Positions 1 through 10,103 of a stretch of 64,000 nucleotides of DNA are shown piece by piece. How positions within the stretch are numbered: the stretch's first letter is position 1; every line of letters begins with the position of its first letter. Under the pieces are notes generated by a model. That model ran no database searches and had not been told where the DNA came from. It saw only the letters and a program-made list of their open reading frames with translations. Position numbers and translations under genes: made by a program. The stretch comes from an uncultured Chloroflexia bacterium (GTDB taxonomy: Bacteria; Chloroflexota; Limnocylindria; Limnocylindrales; CSP1-4). The stretch covers positions 288,001 through 352,000 of the forward strand of contig CAVYIM010000004.1 of NCBI GenBank assembly GCA_963768655.1, given 5' to 3'.

Positions 1-1010
1 CGCCCTCATGACCGGCAACACCTTCGTCTGGAAGCCCTCCAGTCACACGCCCGGCGCCACGCAGCTCCAGGCCGAGCTGTGGAAGGAGGCCGGGCTGCCG
101 GACGGCGTGTTCAACGTCGTTTACGGCGGACGCGAGGCTGTCGATGCCATCCTGGAGCACCCCGGCATCAATGCCATCCAGTTCGTCGGCTCCACCCCCG
201 TCGGGCGGCACGTGTTCGAGACCGGCACCCGCAACGGCAAGCGTGTCGGCGCCTACACTGCTGCCAAGAACGCGATGATCGTCCTGCCGGACGCCGACAT
301 GGAGCTGGCCGCGGACTCGGCCGTCGCCGCGGGCTACGGCTCGGCCGGCGAGCGTTGCATGGCCCAGACCCTCGTCCTGGCCGTTGGCGACGCCGGGGAT
401 CGCCTGCGGCCGATGATCGAGGAGCGGATCGGCAAGCTCAAGATCGGCCCCGGCATGGAGCCGGGCGTCGACATGGGCCCGATCTACTCGGCCGAGCACC
501 GCGCCTCTGATCATCGAGTGGATCGACAAGGGCGTGGCCGAAGGAGCCGAGCTGGTCGCGGACGGGCGGCCCTTCCATCATCCCGAGCATCCGGACGGCT
601 ACTTCCTGGGCGTGACTCTCTTCGATCACGTGACACCGGCGATGGAGATCTACAAGGAGGAGATCTTCGGCCCGGTGCTGGGCGTCGTCCGGACGAAGAC
701 CTTCGACGAGGCGGTCGGGCTCATCAACGCCCACCAGTACGGCAACGGCACCGCCATCTTCACTACCGACGGCGGCGCAGCCCGCCGCTTCGAGCTCGAG
801 GTCGACGTGCCGATGATCGGCATCAACGTGCCGATCCCGGTGCCGGCCGGCTATCTCTCCTTCGGCGGGACGCGCGGGTCCGCCTTCGCGGACCTGCAGA
901 TGCGGGGCGAGGACTCGATCCGCTTCTTCACCAAGCAGAAAGAAGTGACCGTCCGCTGGCCCGAGCCCGGCAAGCGCGGCGCGCTGAGCCTCGTATTCCC
1001 CGGCAACTGA
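1..1010 (+). CDS. mmsA: CoA-acylating methylmalonate/malonate-semialdehyde dehydrogenase (5' truncated by window; one frameshift near 505-511)
   Basis: ALDH motifs GNTFVWKPS, FVGST, AKN...GSAGERCMA (catalytic Cys) in ORF 8..; the C-terminal half EEIFGPV, YGNGTAIFT, MIGINVPIPVP is in another frame (534..1010); frame change at gcctctgatcatc. Confidence 0.85.
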
Positions 1011-1056
1011 CCATCTGCCGCCCGTCGCCGGCGATCGGAAGATTGGAGTGAGAGCA

Positions 1057-1842
1057 ATGAACCCACTGGACGCCTTCCGGCTGGACGGCCGCGTGGCTTT
1101 CGTCTCGGGCGGTGGCGGCGCGATCGGCTCGGCCCTGGCCGTCGTGCTGGGCAGCGCCGGCGCAAAGGTGGCCGTCTCGGACATCGACCAGGCCCGTGTT
1201 GACGCCGCTGCCGACCGGGTCCGCGCTGCAGGTGCCGAGTGCATTGCCCTGGTCGCGGACATCACCCGTGAGACGGAGGCCGAACGGGTGGTGGCCGCCA
1301 TCGTGGAGCGGTTCGGACGGCTGGACATCATCGTCAACGCGGTTGGCGGCGGCGCGGGCAAGGTCCTGTTCGATGCCCAGGAGTATCCCCGAGACGCCTG
1401 GGATTGGATCATGGAGATCAACCTGCGGAGCACCCTGGTGGCCACGCAGGCGGCCGTGAAGGCAATGGTCCAGGGCGGCCGCGGCGGGCGGGTCGTCAAC
1501 ATCAGTTCGGTCCGGGCGCAGCTCGGGATCAACTCCGGCTACTCAGCCTACGTCGCCGCCAAGGGAGCGGTCAGCTCGCTGACGCGCCAGTGGGCCACCG
1601 AGTGGGCCAAGCACGGCATCAACGTCAACGCCATCGCCCCGACCTTCGTCGACACACCTCAGGTGGCGATGCTGCTCGGCGACCCGGCCTTCAAGTCGAG
1701 CCTCGTCAGCCGGGTCCCGCTCGGTCGAGTCGGCGAGACGAGCGATCTCGTCGGGGCCGTCCTCTTCTTCGCCTCCGATGCCTCCTCGTTCGTGACCGGC
1801 CAGATCCTCACGATCGACGGCGGCCTGACCGCAACGCAGTAG
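1057..1842 (+). CDS. Short-chain dehydrogenase/reductase (gluconate 5-dehydrogenase/KduD-like)
   Basis: SGGGGAIG Rossmann motif, VNISS, YVAAK (YxxxK), NAIAP, GQILTIDGG. Confidence 0.9.
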   Translation: MNPLDAFRLDGRVAFVSGGGGAIGSALAVVLGSAGAKVAVSDIDQARVDAAADRVRAAGAECIALVADITRETEAERVVAAIVERFGRLDIIVNAVGGGAGKVLFDAQEYPRDAWDWIMEINLRSTLVATQAAVKAMVQGGRGGRVVNISSVRAQLGINSGYSAYVAAKGAVSSLTRQWATEWAKHGINVNAIAPTFVDTPQVAMLLGDPAFKSSLVSRVPLGRVGETSDLVGAVLFFASDASSFVTGQILTIDGGLTATQ

Positions 1843-1862
1843 TCGACAAGGGGAGCACGTCG

Positions 1863-2759
1863 ATGGAGCAGGTGACGCCCAACATCTTCACGGAAACCAG
1901 GCTGCGCGGCTGCAACCCGAGCTTTGTCACGACGTCCGAAGGTGTCGTCGTGATCGACACTCCCCAGCTGCCGACGAAAGCCGTCGCGATGCGCAAGGAG
2001 GCGGAATCCCACGGCCCGATCCGCTACATCATCAACACCGAGCATCACGTCGACCACATCTTCGGCAACTACTATTTCAAGGGCGCGGGCACGGTCGTCA
2101 ACCACCAGGGCGTCTACGACAACTTCATGGTCGTCTACCCCGAACTGGACCCCTTCGCCTACGCGTACGAGGCCCTTCCGACGCCGGCCGGCAAGGGCAC
2201 CGATCTCGACGATCCCGCGGGTGTCGCGCTGTGGCCGGACCGGGACGAGTACTACGCCGACCCAAACAAGGGCACCGTCGTCTTCACCGGAGACCTGACG
2301 CTCCACGTCGGCGACCACACGTTCCATTGCCTCCACACCCCGGGCCACACCCCCGGCCAGCTCGCGGTCCACGTCCCGGAGGAGCGCACGGTATTCACCG
2401 GCGACACGATCTTCTCCGAGTGCCAGACCTGGCTCATGACGTCGAACGTGGACCAGTGGATCGCATCCCTGGACCGCATCCGCTCCCTCGATGTCGATCG
2501 CGTCGTCCCCGGACACGGCCCGATCACCACGAAGGCCTACGTGGACACTCAACGGGCGACGCTGATGGAGTGGAAGACGGCCGTGGCGCTGGCTGTGGCC
2601 AAAGGCTGGTCTCGCGAGGAGACGGTGGCTCGGGTCAACTTTGCGGATCGTTGCCCGGTCGACATCGGCCAGGGCTACATGATGAGTTACATCCAGACGC
2701 TGAATGCCGGATCGCTGTGGGACAAGCTGACCGCCGTCCCGGCTGCGTCGGCGCGTTGA
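1863..2759 (+). CDS. MBL-fold metallo-hydrolase (cyclase-like)
   Basis: NTEHHVDH, TPGHT, FTGD, VPGHG metal-binding motifs; RBS ggggag before ATG 1863. Confidence 0.88.
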   Translation: MEQVTPNIFTETRLRGCNPSFVTTSEGVVVIDTPQLPTKAVAMRKEAESHGPIRYIINTEHHVDHIFGNYYFKGAGTVVNHQGVYDNFMVVYPELDPFAYAYEALPTPAGKGTDLDDPAGVALWPDRDEYYADPNKGTVVFTGDLTLHVGDHTFHCLHTPGHTPGQLAVHVPEERTVFTGDTIFSECQTWLMTSNVDQWIASLDRIRSLDVDRVVPGHGPITTKAYVDTQRATLMEWKTAVALAVAKGWSREETVARVNFADRCPVDIGQGYMMSYIQTLNAGSLWDKLTAVPAASAR

Positions 2760-2809
2760 CTGCCGTCCGTGGCGCGACAGCTCCCGCATCCAAGGAGAGT
2801 GACACCCCC

Positions 2810-5137
2810 ATGGCCGACTGTGGCACTAAGACCTACAAGGCCGCCAAGCGCTACATCTACGCCTGGGGCGGCGGCAAGGCCGAGGGCAACGGCGGGATGA
2901 AGGATCTGCTGGGCGGCAAGGGTGCCGGCCTGGCGGAGATGACCAACGCGGGTCTGCCGACTCCCCCCGGATTCACCATCACCACCGAAGCCTGCAACGA
3001 CTATTTCGCCGCCGGCAAGACTCTCCCGGCCGGCCTCTGGGACGACGTCCTGGCCGCGGTGAAGGTCGTGGAGACTCGGACCGGCAAGGGCTTCGGCGAC
3101 GCGAAGAATCCGCTCCTGGTCTCCGTCCGCTCCGGCGCCAAGTTCAGTATGCCGGGCATGATGGACACCGTCCTCAACCTTGGCCTCAACGAGACCACGC
3201 TCCAGGGCCTCATCGCCTTCACCGGCAACGAGCGCTTCGGCTGGGACGCCTATCGCCGCTTCATCAGCATGTTCGGCCGGATCGTGCTCGACGTCCCGTC
3301 CGAGCGCTTCGACAAGCCGCTCGAGGCCGCCAAGAAGAAGCACGGCAAGGACGCCAAGGACACGGACCTCGCGGCTGCTGATCTGATGGCCCTGGCAGCC
3401 AGGTATAAGGAGATCGTGCGCGAGGCCGCCGGCCGCGAGTTTCCCGACGATCCCAACGAACAGCTGGACCTGGCCATCAAGGCCGTCTTCGCCTCGTGGT
3501 TCGGCAAGCGCGCCCACGACTACCGCGAGCACGAGAAGATCCCGCACGACCTCGGCACTGCGGTCAACGTGGTGACCATGGTCTTCGGCAACATGGGCGA
3601 CGACTCCGGGACAGGCGTCGCCTTCACACGCGACCCCAACACGGGCGAGAAGGTCCTCTACGGCGAGTACCTGGTCAACGCCCAGGGCGAGGACGTGGTG
3701 GCGGGCATCCGCACGCCGTCCCCGATTGCGGCCCTGGCCCAGGACATGCCCAAGGTCTACGTCGAGTTCACGAAGATCGCCGACAAGCTCGAGAAGCACT
3801 ACAAGGACGTCCAGGACCTCGAGTTCACCATCGAGCGCGGCCACCTGTACATGCTCCAGACCCGCAGCGCCAAGCGGACGGCCGCTGCCGCGATGCGGAT
3901 CGCCATCGACATGGTCCAGGAGCAGGTGATTACCCGCGAGGAGGCAGTCCAGCGCGTAGGCCGATCCCTGGCGAATCCGCCGCGGATCTCGGTCGATCGC
4001 CATGACCGGCGGACCGCACTGACTGTCGGTACGCCCGCCGTTCCGGGCGTGGCATGGGGTGAGATCGTCACATCGCCGGACGCCGCCGTGACGGCGGCAC
4101 GAGCGGGCAAGCGCGTGATCCTGACACGGCCCGAGACGTGCCCGGACGATGTCCACGGCATGGAGGTCTCTCAGGGGATCCTGACCTCGACGGGCGGCAA
4201 GACTTCACATGCCGCCGTAGTTGCTCGCGAGTTCGGGATCCCGGCGGTCGTTGGCGCAGGTGATCTGCAGGTCGGCGACGGGGTCGTCACGATCAACGGT
4301 CGTCTCTTCAAGGACGGCGACACCATCACTATCGACGGATCCACCGGGGAGGTCTTCGCCGGCGAGGTCCAGGGCAGCACCGTCGTCGTGCCCGAGGCAG
4401 CCACCCTGCTTGCCTGGGCGAAGGATGTCGGCATCCCAATCGGTGAGCCTGCAGGCGGGCCGGCCGTCGAGGCACCGGCACCGGCGGCGGCCCCGGCCAA
4501 GCCGGCGGCCCCGGCTGAGCTTAGCGCCGACGATGTTCTCCGTGGCCTCATGATCAAGGGACAGGTAACCCCTGAAGCGCTCGCCGTGGCGCTGGCCAGC
4601 CCACCGGACGAAGTCGCGCCACTCATCGACGGTCTCGTGGCCGAGGAACTGGCCGAGACTGTGGCCGAGGCGTCCCGGCTGACTCCGGAGGGCAGGCTGC
4701 GGGCGCTGGATGTCTTCGCCGCCGACCGCGAACGAGCCGGGGGCGAGGCGGCCTGCGTCGCCGCGCTGGACCAGTTCATCGTGCTCGACGGCAGGATGAA
4801 GGACCTGGTCACGGCCTGGCAGATTCGGGACGCCGCCAACCAGGTTTTCAACGACCACTCTGACGCCGCCTACGACGCATCTGTTCTCGATCGGCTCGGC
4901 GACATCCACGTCGGTGTAGCGGAGTTGCTGGACCTGCTCGGGACCAAGCTCTGGCGGATGGCTTGCTACCGCGAACGGCTGGAGCGTGCCTTGGCCGCTG
5001 CCCGGGCCGGCGATCCCAGGTTCGTGGCGGGGGTGCGGGTCGACAGCTACCACAGCGTCTGGTTCGAACTGCACGACGACCTCATCCGGCTGTGCGGTCG
5101 CACGCGCGCCGACGAAGTCGCCGCGGGTCGGGCCTGA
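2810..5137 (+). CDS. Truncated pyruvate-phosphate-dikinase-like protein (ATP-grasp + phospho-His swivel domain) fused to a C-terminal winged-helix/helical domain; no PEP/pyruvate TIM barrel
   Basis: LLGGKGAGLAEMT, VSVRSGA, SMPGMMDTVLNLG, NAQGEDVVAG, DLEFTIE..LQTR, GGKTSHAAVVAR (His codon 4208-4210); then a Pro/Ala linker and a domain ending DSYHSVWFELHDDL; RBS aaggag. Confidence 0.85.
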   Translation: MADCGTKTYKAAKRYIYAWGGGKAEGNGGMKDLLGGKGAGLAEMTNAGLPTPPGFTITTEACNDYFAAGKTLPAGLWDDVLAAVKVVETRTGKGFGDAKNPLLVSVRSGAKFSMPGMMDTVLNLGLNETTLQGLIAFTGNERFGWDAYRRFISMFGRIVLDVPSERFDKPLEAAKKKHGKDAKDTDLAAADLMALAARYKEIVREAAGREFPDDPNEQLDLAIKAVFASWFGKRAHDYREHEKIPHDLGTAVNVVTMVFGNMGDDSGTGVAFTRDPNTGEKVLYGEYLVNAQGEDVVAGIRTPSPIAALAQDMPKVYVEFTKIADKLEKHYKDVQDLEFTIERGHLYMLQTRSAKRTAAAAMRIAIDMVQEQVITREEAVQRVGRSLANPPRISVDRHDRRTALTVGTPAVPGVAWGEIVTSPDAAVTAARAGKRVILTRPETCPDDVHGMEVSQGILTSTGGKTSHAAVVAREFGIPAVVGAGDLQVGDGVVTINGRLFKDGDTITIDGSTGEVFAGEVQGSTVVVPEAATLLAWAKDVGIPIGEPAGGPAVEAPAPAAAPAKPAAPAELSADDVLRGLMIKGQVTPEALAVALASPPDEVAPLIDGLVAEELAETVAEASRLTPEGRLRALDVFAADRERAGGEAACVAALDQFIVLDGRMKDLVTAWQIRDAANQVFNDHSDAAYDASVLDRLGDIHVGVAELLDLLGTKLWRMACYRERLERALAAARAGDPRFVAGVRVDSYHSVWFELHDDLIRLCGRTRADEVAAGRA

Positions 5138-5223
5138 CGAGCACACAACGACATCGAGCATCCGACCTGCCGAGGTCGGCCAGAACGGCGGATGGATCCG
5201 CCACGCGACGAAGCGAGGACGTC

Positions 5224-5592
5224 ATGTTCACGCGAATTGACCGGGCCGAGACTGCGATCACGCCCATGCCCGGTCGTAACTGGCACGCTTACATCGGCCC
5301 TCAGACCGCCCCGACCAGGCACCTCTCGATGGGCGTCTCCGTCTACGAGCCAGGAGTTCGTCCCACGGGCCACGTGCACGAGGCCGCGGAGGAGACGGTC
5401 TACTGCCTCTCCGGGCGCGGCAGGCTCGTCTGCGATGCGGGACCGGCCGAGCTCGAGTCCGGCGTCGCGGTCTTCATCCCGGCCGGGACGTTCCACGCCA
5501 CCGAGTGCGACGGCCCGGAGCCGCTCGAACTGCTTTGCGTCTTCACGCCGCCCGTGGTGCCGGGCTCGTACGAGAAGAAGACACAATCATGA
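5224..5592 (+). CDS. Cupin-domain protein
   Basis: HVHEAAEETVYCLSG and VFIPAGTFH cupin motifs; overlaps the start of the next gene. Confidence 0.85.
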   Translation: MFTRIDRAETAITPMPGRNWHAYIGPQTAPTRHLSMGVSVYEPGVRPTGHVHEAAEETVYCLSGRGRLVCDAGPAELESGVAVFIPAGTFHATECDGPEPLELLCVFTPPVVPGSYEKKTQS

Positions 5593-6476
5593 AGACGACT
5601 GCCCAGGACCCGGAAATCGGCCGGCTGGAAGAGGCTGCCCGCCGTATTCGCGTGGAGATCATCCGCGCCGTGAACCAGGCCAAGGCCGGGCACCTGGGCG
5701 GGCCGCTCTCGGCGGCTGACGTGCTCGCCGCGCTGTACTTCCGCGTCATGCGCATCAGGCCCGAAGAACCAGGCTGGCCGGATCGCGACCGGTTCGTTCT
5801 CTCCAAAGGCCACTCGTCGATCGGGCTGTATGCCGCGCTGGCCCTGCGTGGCTACTTCCCCGTCGAGGAGCTCGCGACCTTCGATGCCGCCGGAACCCGG
5901 CTGCAGGGGCATCCGGACATGACCAAGCTGCCCGGGCTGGACATGTCCACCGGATCGCTCGGCATGGGCATCTCGGCCGGTCTCGGGATCGCCCTCGGAG
6001 CGCGCCTGACCGGTCGGAGCGACGTTCGGACATACGTCATGCTCGGCGACGGCGAATGCCAGGAAGGCGAGGTCTGGGAGGCGGCAATGGTCGGGGCCCG
6101 GTACCGCCTGGACACACTGATCGCGATCGTGGACCACAACAAGCTCCAGCAGTACGGCTGGGCCGGTGACGGACCCGACGGCCGCCTGCCACCGGAAGAG
6201 CCGGACGAGCTCCTGGCCAAATGGACAGCCTTCGGCTGGCGAGTCCTGGAGGTCGACGGCCACGACATGGCCGCCGACGTAGAAGTGCTCGAGCGCGCGC
6301 GCGAAGGCGACGGCCGGCCCACGGTCGTGATCTCCCACACCATCAAGGGCAAGGGCGTCTCATTCATGGAGGGCCACTACTACTGGCACACGAGGCCGCT
6401 CACGGCGGACGAGTTCGCCACGGCGATGGCCGAGCTCGGTGAGCCGGTGGCGGCGACGAATGGAGGCGCCCGATGA
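5589..6476 (+). CDS. Transketolase, N-terminal (TPP-binding) subunit
   Basis: GHLGGPLS, RDRFVLSKGH, LQGHP, TGSLG, GDGECQEG..WEAA, HTIKGKG. Confidence 0.93.
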   Translation: MKTTAQDPEIGRLEEAARRIRVEIIRAVNQAKAGHLGGPLSAADVLAALYFRVMRIRPEEPGWPDRDRFVLSKGHSSIGLYAALALRGYFPVEELATFDAAGTRLQGHPDMTKLPGLDMSTGSLGMGISAGLGIALGARLTGRSDVRTYVMLGDGECQEGEVWEAAMVGARYRLDTLIAIVDHNKLQQYGWAGDGPDGRLPPEEPDELLAKWTAFGWRVLEVDGHDMAADVEVLERAREGDGRPTVVISHTIKGKGVSFMEGHYYWHTRPLTADEFATAMAELGEPVAATNGGAR

Positions 6477-7441
6477 CGCTGCCGCTCGGTCACGCCATGC
6501 GCGAAGTGTTCGGCGAGACCGTCGCCGAGCTGGCCGACACCGATCCCCGCATCGTCATGCTCGACGCCGACGTCGGCAGCTCCACGAGGGCTGACATCTT
6601 CGAGCACCGCCATCCGGATCGCTATCTCCAGATGGGCATCGCCGAGCAGAACATGCTCGGAGTGGCCGCCGGCCTGGCGACAGTGGGTCTGATCCCGTTC
6701 GTCAGCACGTTCGTCGCCTTCGCCGTGGTCAGGCCCCTGGACCAGATCCGCGTCCTGATCGCCCAGACGGGCTTGAACGTGAAGATAACTCCGAGCTACG
6801 CGGGGCTCTTCACCGGAGTGACCGGCAAGACGCACCTGATCGTGGACGACGTCTCGATCATGCGGGCGATGCCGGGCATGGTCACGGTCTGCCCGGCCGA
6901 TGACATCGAGGCGGCCCAGGCACTGCGGTGGTGCGCTTCCTACCAGGGGCCCGCCTACATCAGGCTCGTTCGCGACGCGACGCAGCGGCTCTTCGACGGC
7001 GCCTACGCGTTCGAGTTCGGGCGGGCCGTCGTTGTCCGCGAGGGTCGCGACGTGACGCTGATCAGCACCGGCACGCAGACGCCGCGCGTCGTCGACGCCG
7101 CGGAGATGCTTGCCGCGCAGGGCATCGAAGCGCACGTCCTCCACGTTCCGACGATCAAGCCACTCGACGTGCCGGCGATCGTCGCAGCCGCGGCCAGGAC
7201 CGGCTGCGTGGTCACCGTGGAAGAGCACACGGTCATCGGCGGTCTCGGCGGCGCCGTAGCCGAGGCCCTGTCCGAGCATCGCCCGACCCTGGTCAAACGG
7301 CTGGGCATGCAGGACGTCTTCGGCGAGTCGGCATCCAACGCGGCGCTGCTCGAGCTGTACGGCCTGTCCGCGGCCCGCGTATCGGAACAGGTCGCGGCGA
7401 TCTGCCGAGCCAGAGGAAAGGAGGCGGCCGCGCGGAGTTGA
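6473..7441 (+). CDS. Transketolase, C-terminal subunit
   Basis: GIAEQNM, DQIR, TIKPLD, VEEH..IGGLG; ATGA overlap with the upstream subunit. Confidence 0.93.
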   Translation: MTLPLGHAMREVFGETVAELADTDPRIVMLDADVGSSTRADIFEHRHPDRYLQMGIAEQNMLGVAAGLATVGLIPFVSTFVAFAVVRPLDQIRVLIAQTGLNVKITPSYAGLFTGVTGKTHLIVDDVSIMRAMPGMVTVCPADDIEAAQALRWCASYQGPAYIRLVRDATQRLFDGAYAFEFGRAVVVREGRDVTLISTGTQTPRVVDAAEMLAAQGIEAHVLHVPTIKPLDVPAIVAAAARTGCVVTVEEHTVIGGLGGAVAEALSEHRPTLVKRLGMQDVFGESASNAALLELYGLSAARVSEQVAAICRARGKEAAARS

Positions 7442-7876
7442 ACTCGCATCAGGGCATGCCGCCGTCCATCGAACGGCGGCCAACGGTCGGAACCCGCCAA
7501 CTTGCCCCGGAGGAGACAACCTTGCGATCGCCGGCCCGTAGATACGCGGGACCGGGTCGCATGCGTCGAGGATCAGCATGGTCGGCCGGGCCCCCAGGCC
7601 TTTGCGGTCGACCTCGGTTCACGACGGCCCGCCTTCGATCCCGCCTCGGGATCCTGACGGACACAGGTCGGATCGCCATAGCGTGCCCTGCAGGCTCGGC
7701 GGCCTTCCCTCGCAGCCGTGAGTCCTGCCCAAGCGGCAGCCAATCTGGATCGGCCGTCCGCACTGGCCGCCTCGCTTCCCGATGCGCAATGCGCTCGGCG
7801 TCGACGGACGGCGGTCGAAGCATCTGGCGCGGGCGATGTTCGCGGGCCCGCATCCAAAACGCGTGAAGGAGAGGCA

Positions 7877-9088
7877 ATGTCGAAGACCGTCTTGTTGATC
7901 GGCACGCTGGATACCAAGGGCCGAGAGTACGCCTACGTCCGCGACCTGATCCGGGCTCGCGGGCTGAACACATTCGTGCTGGACGCCGGGGTCCTGGGCG
8001 AACCGGTGTTCACGCCCGACAGCCCCGCCGCCCTCACTGCCGAAGCCGGCGGGGGCTCGCTCGCCGAGCTCCGCGAGCGGCACGATAGAGGCCACGCGAT
8101 CGAGATCATGGGTCTGGGCGCGCGCGTCCTCGCGGTCAAGCTCGCCGCCGAGGGCAAGTTCGACGGCGTCATCGCCATGGGCGGCTCGGGTGGCACGTCC
8201 ATCGGGAGCACAGCCATGGCGGCGCTTCCGGTGGGCATGCCCAAGTTGATCGTGTCAACCATGGCCTCGGGCGACGTCGGCCCATACGTCGGCGTCAAGG
8301 ACATCACGATGATGTACTCCGTCGTCGACGTGTCCGGGCTCAACCGCCTGTCCCGCCGGATCTTCGCCAACGCCGCCGGGGCCATCGGCGGCATGGTCGA
8401 GCAGACGATGCCGAAGGCCGAGGACAAGCGGCTCATCGGCGCCACGATGTTCGGCGTCACGACGCCGTGCGTCGACCGTGTGCGGGCGCGATTTGAGGCA
8501 GAAGGCTACGAGATGCTCGTCTTCCACGCGGTCGGAAGCGGCGGCCGCTCCTTCGAGGCGCTGATCACGGACGGCGTCTTCGACGGAGTCGTGGACGCAA
8601 CGACGACAGAGTGGTGCGACGAGCTGGTCGGCGGCGTCCTGTCGGCCGGACCGGAGCGCCTGGATGCCGCCGCCAAGAAGGGCATCCCGCAGGTCGTCTC
8701 GCTCGGCGCACTCGACATGGTGAACTTCGGCCCGAGAGACACGCTTCCGGCCAAGTTCGAGAAGCGGAACATCTACATCCACAACCCGGAAGTGACACTC
8801 ATGCGCACAACGCCCGAAGAGTGCGCGAAGCTCGGCGAGATCATCGCCAAGAAGCTCAACAAGACCACCGGGCCCACCGCGCTGTTCGTGCCCCTCAAGG
8901 GCGTGAGCGCGATCGACGTCGAGGGCGGGCCTTTCTACGATCCCGCCGCGGACAAGGCGCTCTTCGAGGCCATTCGCAAACACATCGATCGCTCGAAGGT
9001 CGATCTGGTCGAGCTCGACCTCGCCATCAACGATCCCGCTTTCGCCGACGCGATGGTCGACCGCCTGCAGAAGATGCTCAAGAAGTAA
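7877..9088 (+). CDS. UPF0261 / Tm-1-like ATP-binding domain protein
   Basis: IGTLDTKG.E, GGSGGT, PKLIVSTMASG, MYSVVD..GLN, TMFGVTTPC, FHA.G.GG, GALDMVNFG, HNP.VTLMRT; RBS gaaggag. Confidence 0.9.
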   Translation: MSKTVLLIGTLDTKGREYAYVRDLIRARGLNTFVLDAGVLGEPVFTPDSPAALTAEAGGGSLAELRERHDRGHAIEIMGLGARVLAVKLAAEGKFDGVIAMGGSGGTSIGSTAMAALPVGMPKLIVSTMASGDVGPYVGVKDITMMYSVVDVSGLNRLSRRIFANAAGAIGGMVEQTMPKAEDKRLIGATMFGVTTPCVDRVRARFEAEGYEMLVFHAVGSGGRSFEALITDGVFDGVVDATTTEWCDELVGGVLSAGPERLDAAAKKGIPQVVSLGALDMVNFGPRDTLPAKFEKRNIYIHNPEVTLMRTTPEECAKLGEIIAKKLNKTTGPTALFVPLKGVSAIDVEGGPFYDPAADKALFEAIRKHIDRSKVDLVELDLAINDPAFADAMVDRLQKMLKK

Positions 9089-9130
9089 GGGCAGCCAGAC
9101 ACCCAGGAAATCGCCAAAGGAGGAAGGGCC

Positions 9131-9979
9131 ATGCCATTCATCGCGCGCGCCGAAGTCGTGCGGCGACTCCGTGCGCAGGCTGCCACCGGCAAGCCGATCG
9201 TGGGCTGCGGTGCCGGCACTGGCATCTCGGCCAAGATGGCCGAGGCCGGCGGCTGTGACCTGATCATCATCTACAACTCGGGACGCTACCGGATGGCCGG
9301 CCGAGGCTCCCTCGCCGGCTTACTCGCCTACGGCGACGCCAATGGCATCGTCGTCGAGATGGCCTCCGAGGTGCTGCCGGTCGTCAAGGACGTGCCAGTC
9401 CTGGCGGGCGTCAACGGTACCGACCCGTTCCGGCTCATGCCGGTCTTTCTCAAGCAGCTCAAGGAAATCGGCTTCGACGGCGTCCAGAACTTCCCGACCG
9501 TCGGCCTCATCGACGGCGGCTTCCGGGCCAACCTGGAAGCGACCGGGATGGGCTACGACAAGGAGATCGAGACGATCCGGCTGGCGCACGAGATCGATCT
9601 CTTCACCTCCCCGTACGTCTTCAATGCAGACGACGCGAAGGCAATGGCCAAGGCCGGCGCCGACCAGTTGGTGGCCCACGTCGGCCTCACCACGGCCGGA
9701 ACCATCGGCGCCGGAGTGGCCCTGACACTGGACCAGGCGATCGACCGAGTCATGGCGGTGGTCGAGGCCGGACGGTCGGTCCGCTCGGATATCCTCGTCC
9801 TTTGCCACGGCGGGCCCTTCGACGAGCCCGAGAACGTGGGCGTAGCGCTGGCGCGGATGCCGGGCGTCCAGGGTTTCTTCGGTGCTTCCAGCATCGAACG
9901 CCTGCCCACCGAGCGTGGGATCCGCGCACAGGTGGAGGAGTTCAAGCGGCTGAAGGTCGCCCCCGCCCCCAGGGCGTAG
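9131..9979 (+). CDS. Phosphoenolpyruvate-hydrolase-like TIM-barrel protein (usual UPF0261 partner)
   Basis: [55 protein letters not shown]; RBS aggagg. Confidence 0.9.
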   Translation: MPFIARAEVVRRLRAQAATGKPIVGCGAGTGISAKMAEAGGCDLIIIYNSGRYRMAGRGSLAGLLAYGDANGIVVEMASEVLPVVKDVPVLAGVNGTDPFRLMPVFLKQLKEIGFDGVQNFPTVGLIDGGFRANLEATGMGYDKEIETIRLAHEIDLFTSPYVFNADDAKAMAKAGADQLVAHVGLTTAGTIGAGVALTLDQAIDRVMAVVEAGRSVRSDILVLCHGGPFDEPENVGVALARMPGVQGFFGASSIERLPTERGIRAQVEEFKRLKVAPAPRA

Positions 9980-10103
9980 GCAGACGGGCCGGGTTCATCG
10001 GAAGGCGGCGGGCCCTGAGGATCGGCGACCCGCCGCCTGGTCTTGTGGCCAGCCGGTGCGCGTGGGGAGCGTCGCCGGCGGCACTGATAGGAGGCTCTGA
10101 TCG

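Noticed and set aside
2810-5137. Rifampicin phosphotransferase or PEP synthase
   Set aside because: N-terminal motifs are PPDK-type and the His domain is central; rifampicin phosphotransferases have the His domain at the C-terminus after a substrate domain
7442-7876. Riboswitch or small gene in the 435-bp gap
   Set aside because: No recognisable consensus, and the overlapping ORFs are Arg/Pro-rich noise; an Rfam search would be needed to exclude it
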